Below are positions 58,362 through 64,000 of a stretch of DNA of 64,000 bases, piece by piece. A program made the translations under genes and the position numbers. Origin of the DNA: Candidatus Kerfeldbacteria bacterium (GTDB taxonomy: Bacteria > Patescibacteriota > Patescibacteriia > SBBC01 > CAIJZX01). Each line of letters begins with the position of its first letter. Position 1 is the stretch's first letter. The notes beneath the pieces are model-generated. The model made no database searches and was not told where the DNA came from. It saw nothing but the letters and a program-made list of their open reading frames with translations. Location: positions 91,981 to 155,980 of the forward strand of contig JACPSJ010000001.1 of assembly GCA_016193315.1 (NCBI GenBank), written 5' to 3'.

Positions 58362-59087
58362 CTAGTAGCCGGTGAACGATTCGAGCTTGACGCTGTCCCG
58401 TTTGACGCCAGCGTCGATTAACGTCTGTCGCATGGCCCCAACCATCGCCGGCGGGCCGGCCAGGTAAAAGATCGGTTTCGTGAAGTCACCGACCTGTTTC
58501 TGAAGCATTGCGGCGTCGATTTTCCCGGTCAGGAATTGCCACCCGGCTGGCTGTTCGTCAGTCAGCGTCGGCAAATAGCGGAAATTCGGACTGGTCTTTG
58601 ACCACTCGACGAACTCGTCATGAAACGCCGTGAGGGCCAAAGTCCGATTCGAGTAGAACAAAAGGATCTCGTGGGGCAGGCGCTGGTGCCCAGCCCATTC
58701 GACCATGCTGCGGAATGGGGTGATGCCAATGCCACCAGCCAGGAACACCGCCGGTCGGTTGGTATCCTCATGGAGCACCATGTTACCGTTCGGCCCCACA
58801 ACTCGCAGCGCCGTGCCAAGCGGCAGTGCACGGAGAGTATTCTTGTAGGCGCTCGACCGCATCCGGGTGGCGACGATGAAATGGTCGGTCTGGTGTGGCG
58901 AACTGGCCAAGGAGAAGCTGTGCATAGTGTCTTGATTCGCGCCGCTGGCAGGGGCGCCGGGCAAATAGAGATCGATATTTTGGCCGGCCTCAAAGGTGAA
59001 ACCGGACAGGGCCGTGTCAAACCAAAACGCCGTGGTCCCCTCGGCCACGTCGCGACGATCTTTGAGGGGGAAGTGATAGGTGTTCAT
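58362..59087 (-). CDS. FAD/NAD(P)-dependent ferredoxin-reductase-like oxidoreductase
   Basis: HSFSLASSP, AGGIGITPF, AGPP.MV, ESF.GY. Confidence 0.9.
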   Translation of the reverse strand: MNTYHFPLKDRRDVAEGTTAFWFDTALSGFTFEAGQNIDLYLPGAPASGANQDTMHSFSLASSPHQTDHFIVATRMRSSAYKNTLRALPLGTALRVVGPNGNMVLHEDTNRPAVFLAGGIGITPFRSMVEWAGHQRLPHEILLFYSNRTLALTAFHDEFVEWSKTSPNFRYLPTLTDEQPAGWQFLTGKIDAAMLQKQVGDFTKPIFYLAGPPAMVGAMRQTLIDAGVKRDSVKLESFTGY

Positions 59088-59797
59088 CGACCCCTATTTT
59101 TCTTGAGCCAACGGCGGAATGAAATAGGCCAATGACGCTCAGCTTGTTTGTACCAGGCAGCTACTGCTGCGGCCTGACGCTTCCCGCCACGCTGGCGGAG
59201 GAAAAGAAGTCGCTCACGGAAGAACTGATGGTGCTCCGGCATGCGCTGTGGGTAACGCCGAGCCCATTGATCAACGGCCAAAGCAATTGTTTCTTTGCGG
59301 GAGATAGTTTGTGGTTGAAGGTAACGATTCGCCGACACATCAAAGTCGATCGGTTGCACTTTCAACCGGACTTGTCGGCCGAATACTTTCGGCGCTAGAG
59401 ATTTGACTCTTAATACTCTTGTCTGCTCGCAAAAAATAACCAAATCAACCCGGCCCGGCCCAACCAGCTTTTGAGAAAAAAGAAAGTTTTCCAGGGTAGA
59501 AATACTTTTCGTTTCGGTCTTCATGCGCCAACTTCGAGTCAGATGCCGCAGAAACGAACGCCCAGCCAGGCCAGTAAAGGCCTTGGCCATCTCCTGTCCT
59601 TCGGTTCGTCGATATGGTGGCCAGCAGTCGGTGTGTCCGCCGGACAAAATGATCAGTGGCCGCCGGATCTTCTGCTCGAGACAAGTCGAATAAATGGCGT
59701 TGAACGCAGCTCGCAGGTAGAGTTGGTAATTAAAATCGAGCCGGATATCTTTCGGCACGCCATAGCCGTTGATCAGGAAAACGTGTTTCATGACCAC
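59084..59797 (-). CDS. hypothetical protein (DUF218-like)
   Basis: IILSGG.T, E, E..S.STLEN. Confidence 0.6.
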   Translation of the reverse strand: MVMKHVFLINGYGVPKDIRLDFNYQLYLRAAFNAIYSTCLEQKIRRPLIILSGGHTDCWPPYRRTEGQEMAKAFTGLAGRSFLRHLTRSWRMKTETKSISTLENFLFSQKLVGPGRVDLVIFCEQTRVLRVKSLAPKVFGRQVRLKVQPIDFDVSANRYLQPQTISRKETIALAVDQWARRYPQRMPEHHQFFRERLLFLRQRGGKRQAAAVAAWYKQAERHWPISFRRWLKKNRGR

Positions 59798-59942
59798 AGA
59801 GTATCAGAAAATACCCCGCGTATCAAGGCATCTAGACCCACAGAATTGCCTAATGAAGTATTCATACTTCGCTGCCTCAAGTCGCCCGCCACAGCGTCTG
59901 CCCGACTGAACCAACAAACCCAAACATGGTACACTTTCAGAC

Positions 59943-62309
59943 GTGACCACACCAACTACTAGCATCTTGCTGATTGCATCCGGCATCCTGGCCGCTTCCG
60001 TTTCCGTGGTGTGGGTACTGGTCGGCCAGAAACAAGAACGCCCTCGGTCGGCGGTAAACAGTAACACCGAAGTTCTGCCCGGGCCGCTGGCTGACTACCT
60101 GGCCGCCAGGAAATGTGGCAATGCTGGTTGCGAGATTGGTGAAAACACAACCAACTGTTCGTCCGACTGCCCAGCGGTGTTGATCCGCGCCGATCAATGG
60201 ACCCAGGTGAACGGCCCGTTCGGCGGCTTGATTACTGATCTGGAAAAGGTCGGCGATCGAATGTGGGCGGCCACGTCGTACTCATACGCTCTCGGTGGCA
60301 ACGGCGTCTATGAGATGGCTGGCGATTTAGCTTGGAAATCGGCCGGTGGATTTGGAAGGAGTATTGAGGATGTGGCCGTCGACCTGACCGATTCCAGAAA
60401 CGTTGCTTTCGTGGCCACACCAGACCTCACGCATCCAAACCTAGAAGACGGATTATCTGTCACTTGGGATGGCGGAGTCAGTTGGCAGGAACCTGACTTC
60501 AGCGAAGGGCATGCCACGGCCATGGCCATGAGTCGAGCCGACTCCAATCTGATCTTCGTCGGCATGAAAGATGCGGGTCAGGCCCAAGTTTTCATGTCTG
60601 AGGATGATGGGAAAAACTGGCGGGGATTGACGCCACTGCCGGCCACGGACTGGAGCGTTCGTCCGATCTGGGCTGGCATCACTGATGAGGACAGCAGTCG
60701 AATCACTGTTATTGCTCCCGACCCAGCCGATGACAACGTCCTGTTCGTAGGTACAAATTCAGCGCTCTTCAAAAGCTCAGATCAGGGACAGAGCTGGCGC
60801 CGGGTTGATAGCACTTTCCATCGGACTGACATTCTCGATATTAAGATCAACGCGCAAGAACCAGGCGAGGTCTACGTTCGCGTGGGCGTGTTCGAGGAAC
60901 AGACCTGCATGGGAATTGCCGGGATGGAGGATCGACAAAAGGCGAATGAGATCGGGAGAGCCAAGTGCGCCGGCATCTACAAAAGCGACGACCTCGGCGA
61001 GACGTGGCAGCAACTTGAGGCATCTTATTTCGATCCTTCGGAAGGCGGGGTCTTTATTGATGAACACAATCCGAATATCGCCTACGCCATTTTTTCTCGC
61101 CAGATTCTCAAAACCGTGGATGGCGGCCGTCGGTGGGAAGAGTTCTTCTGGACCCATGATCAGGAATTCATCCCGAACGTCGGCGTCGAGCGGCTGGTGG
61201 TCGGGAGAAACAGCCGCGAAGTATTCATCGCCGGTCGGCAGGGGTTGTGGCAAACCACTGACGCCGGTCAACACTGGGAGGAGCGGAACAAAGGCTTCAT
61301 TGGCAGCGAGGTGGTTGATATCGTCAAGGCCAGCGACGGCGCACTCTACGCCGGGACGTACACCTTGGGCATTTTCAAGAGCACCGACGCCGGCATGAAT
61401 TGGACTTTTTCTTCGTACCAACTGGAGAATCCATACTTGATGTTGCTGGCGCCGCACCCGACCGACCCGGCCACGATTTTTGCGACTACGAATGGCGGCG
61501 TTTACGCCAGTCGCAATCGAGGCTTAACCTGGCAGCGGGTGGATGAAAGGTTTTTCGGTCGTTCAGCAGTCTTGCCGGGCGTGGCCCACTTCCACGGCAT
61601 TGCTTTCGACCCGCACGACCCCAAGCGGATCTACCTCGGTGGCGGCGGCGATCAATACACTCCCATCAGGGGCGGTGGCATGTCGCTTAGTCAGGACGGC
61701 GGTCGGACCTGGCGGCAGTCGAATCGCGGTTTTGAAACCGACGTTCATGTCAGCAAGATCGTAGTTGACCCGAACAATTCCGCCATCGTGTACGCTACCA
61801 CCCAAGGGCCAACCAATTTTCAGGAAAAGACCGGCAGTGGACACGGCGTTTTCAGAAGCACGGATTACGGTGCCACGTGGACGAAAATCAACCAGGGTCT
61901 GGAAACCGTTGAGACCAACACCCTGGCCCTGGACCCGAACGGTCAAAACGCGCTTTACCTAGGCACCGATGATGACGGAGTGTACAAGAGTGTCAATGGC
62001 GGTGGCTCGTGGCAGAAGATTAAGATCCCGCAGCTGCCAGACAGCTACGGAGTCGGCGATATCATCGTGGATCCCCGCAACAGTCAGGTCGTGTACGTGG
62101 CCACGGTTGACTATTTCCGATTGGCGGAGAGTCGCGGCGTGGTCGGCGACTACGGAGTCTACATCAGTCAGGACGGCGGCGCGACCTGGCAATCGTTCAA
62201 CGACGGACTCAAACATGTCGGCGCCTTTAGTCTCGAACTTGACGCCGAAAAAAGGATTCTCTACGTTGGCACCCGTGGCGGCGGGGTGTATTGGCGGAAG
62301 ATACAATAG
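59943..62309 (+). CDS. membrane-anchored BNR/Asp-box repeat beta-propeller protein
   Basis: N-terminal TM; many S.D.G.TW repeats; small Cys-rich CGN..C..GE...NC..DC motif. Confidence 0.85.
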   Translation: MTTPTTSILLIASGILAASVSVVWVLVGQKQERPRSAVNSNTEVLPGPLADYLAARKCGNAGCEIGENTTNCSSDCPAVLIRADQWTQVNGPFGGLITDLEKVGDRMWAATSYSYALGGNGVYEMAGDLAWKSAGGFGRSIEDVAVDLTDSRNVAFVATPDLTHPNLEDGLSVTWDGGVSWQEPDFSEGHATAMAMSRADSNLIFVGMKDAGQAQVFMSEDDGKNWRGLTPLPATDWSVRPIWAGITDEDSSRITVIAPDPADDNVLFVGTNSALFKSSDQGQSWRRVDSTFHRTDILDIKINAQEPGEVYVRVGVFEEQTCMGIAGMEDRQKANEIGRAKCAGIYKSDDLGETWQQLEASYFDPSEGGVFIDEHNPNIAYAIFSRQILKTVDGGRRWEEFFWTHDQEFIPNVGVERLVVGRNSREVFIAGRQGLWQTTDAGQHWEERNKGFIGSEVVDIVKASDGALYAGTYTLGIFKSTDAGMNWTFSSYQLENPYLMLLAPHPTDPATIFATTNGGVYASRNRGLTWQRVDERFFGRSAVLPGVAHFHGIAFDPHDPKRIYLGGGGDQYTPIRGGGMSLSQDGGRTWRQSNRGFETDVHVSKIVVDPNNSAIVYATTQGPTNFQEKTGSGHGVFRSTDYGATWTKINQGLETVETNTLALDPNGQNALYLGTDDDGVYKSVNGGGSWQKIKIPQLPDSYGVGDIIVDPRNSQVVYVATVDYFRLAESRGVVGDYGVYISQDGGATWQSFNDGLKHVGAFSLELDAEKRILYVGTRGGGVYWRKIQ

Positions 62310-62470
62310 CGCCGCCACGACTGCCGTCAGGACGAAATAGGATATGTCTTGGTCTTTTTTGGAACAGGTAGCCCGCTTAGGCGACCGCTTCGGTGCGAAG
62401 CGGCATCAACTTGTCCGGCCTCGAAAAAACACTTATGATGTTTAGCGAGAAAGTCGACTCTCTCCTTGGA

Positions 62471-62769
62471 GCAGGTATCGTATAATGGTAATACCTCAGC
62501 TTTCTCCCGCTCATTATTTCTCTAAACAAAACTGGCGAGATCCCGCAAGACGAATGCGGCTCGCGAGCGGGTATCGTATATCGGTATTACCTCAGCTTTC
62601 CAAGCTGATGAGAGGGGTTCGACTCCCCTTACCCGCTCGGGGGCTACAGGCAGCAGCGGGATCCTCGCCGCCAGACGGCCCCGTGCCTCGGCTCGTCGCC
62701 GCCGGACAAGCTGATGCCGCCCCGCACCAGTCCCCGATTCATTCGGGGTTCGGTGCGGGGCTCCCTGCT
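62471..62769 (+). pseudogene. split decayed tRNA-Gly(TCC) shell
   Basis: 5' half 62471-62504 ends tcagctttc; 3' half resumes caagctgatg at 62707; acceptor tccctgc-t at 62762-69. Confidence 0.7.
62567..62637 (+). tRNA. tRNA-Gly(TCC)
   Basis: cloverleaf; tcagc-ttTCCaa-gctga. Confidence 0.95.
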
Positions 62770-62849
62770 TTCAGGAGAGATTTAGTTTCGCGGCCGGATC
62801 CCGCCAGGATTATTGTAATTGACGAGGAGCTGGAGAAAGCTGACGGTGA

Positions 62850-63215
62850 TTATTTCTTGTATCGTCGCTCGTTAGTTCGATAGCCGGTATCTTCGGCCCA
62901 AAACAAGAATAGTCTTTTCTTGAAACCACCCTTACGCACAAAAGCCTTTCGTTGTTCCGACTTAATCTGCCGTTCAGAAATTTTGAAAGTCCGCTTGATG
63001 GCGTTGATAACATCGATAGTATCCGCCAACTCACTGGCCATCTCTCGTTTGGACCGCAAGCGGGGCAAACTGCTAGCTTCTTCCCCGACTTTCTTCAGCA
63101 GCTCGCGCTGGTAGGACTTCAGGTCGAGTCTCTTGACTCGAAACGCCGCGCCGTTTTTTTTCATCACCAGCGGCACCCGGTCTCGAATGAGCTTGTGATA
63201 GTAGATTTTTTTCAT
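62850..63215 (-). CDS. MazG-like nucleoside triphosphate pyrophosphohydrolase
   Basis: YHKLIRDRVP, K..EE, ELAD, RKGGF. Confidence 0.85.
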   Translation of the reverse strand: MKKIYYHKLIRDRVPLVMKKNGAAFRVKRLDLKSYQRELLKKVGEEASSLPRLRSKREMASELADTIDVINAIKRTFKISERQIKSEQRKAFVRKGGFKKRLFLFWAEDTGYRTNERRYKK

Positions 63216-63296
63216 CGTCTACGTTGGCTCAGCAAACGCATTGTACTACAGACAACGAAATAATCAATGGATTGTATCGGCCGACATTAAGAAAAG

Positions 63297-63749
63297 CTAA
63301 TTATTCCGCTCAGGCCAACTCGACACCGGTTCATTGACCGTGTATAACCAAACGAAAAGGCCAGTCGGGCCGATGCTCTTGAACTGTTTTACCAAGATTT
63401 TTCGACGCTGGCGGTAGGACAGATGACGCAGTGAATGCAAGTATTTCTTGATACTGCCGTGTTCCGCCGCCAGTTTGAGGAATAGACCCGCATTGTCGAC
63501 AATGGCGGTGATTTTTCGCCCGTTCCGAATGATCGCCGGGTCTTTCAGCAGTCGGTCGATGTTATTGTCGGTCAAGGCCGCCACCCGGTGCAGATGAAAA
63601 CCATGAAAGGCGCGGTGGATATCCGGCCACTTTCGCTCGACGATCTTCCAGTTGAAACCAACTTGAAAAATCGCTTTAGCTAAAACCTCAAAATACTCGT
63701 CATTCGATCGAGGCGTGAACTTTTTAGGGATCAGGTAACCGCGAGGCAT
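63297..63749 (-). CDS. tag: DNA-3-methyladenine glycosylase I
   Basis: FE.L...FQ.G..W, IIRN.RKI.A...NA, FK.IGPT. Confidence 0.85.
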   Translation of the reverse strand: MPRGYLIPKKFTPRSNDEYFEVLAKAIFQVGFNWKIVERKWPDIHRAFHGFHLHRVAALTDNNIDRLLKDPAIIRNGRKITAIVDNAGLFLKLAAEHGSIKKYLHSLRHLSYRQRRKILVKQFKSIGPTGLFVWLYTVNEPVSSWPERNN

Positions 63750-63753
63750 GTTC

Positions 63754-64000
63754 TTACGGCCGCCATAAATAGTGATTGAGTTCGACCCAAAAATTACCCT
63801 GGCGTTCGGCTACCTCCACCCCCTCTCGCCGCAGCAATTCTACCTGTACCGATTTTGGGGTGTGCATGTTTTCGATCGAAATCATCCCGTCCTTATTAAT
63901 TACCCGTTGCCACGGCACTTTGGTGTCCGGCTCGAGCGCCCGCAAGGCCCAGCCGACCACCCGGGCCGACCGTGGCGAGCCGATGAGGGCGGCAATTTGA
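63754..64000 (-). CDS. alkyltransferase-like (ATL/MGMT family) protein, 5' end outside the window
   Basis: ARVVGWAL, VPWQRVIN (Trp in place of the catalytic Cys), L..EGV. Confidence 0.85.
   Translation of the reverse strand, partial: QIAALIGSPRSARVVGWALRALEPDTKVPWQRVINKDGMISIENMHTPKSVQVELLRREGVEVAERQGNFWVELNHYLWRP

Overview
A 64-kb stretch of a bacterial chromosome, probably Patescibacteria/CPR. That placement is inferred from the short IF-2, TrmB-type regulators, the YmdB-RNase Y-HU block, the pilins and the many orphan ORFs; TGA acts as stop. It carries housekeeping genes (HU, rny, clpP, nrnA, rbfA, infB, rnhB, nusA, hppA, tig, nfo, gdhA), DNA-repair and lipid or acyl-handling genes, an AbrB-Doc toxin-antitoxin pair, a lone BoxB-like di-iron enzyme and seven intact tRNAs. 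The most striking signals are non-coding. (1) Five intact tRNAs (Ala-GGC, Ala-CGC, Cys-GCA, Gly-GCC, Gly-TCC) each sit between inverted repeats inside the split, decayed halves of another tRNA of the same amino-acid type. (2) A stand-alone RNA of about 235 nt (49259-49493, minus strand) has its own promoter and terminator and forms a long rod capped by a close copy of the 23S rRNA L1 stalk. (3) Several short palindrome or MITE families supply promoter boxes, start or stop codons and an in-frame insert. (4) Three parS-like sites repeat with an exact 32-bp period. All calls were made by eye without database searches.
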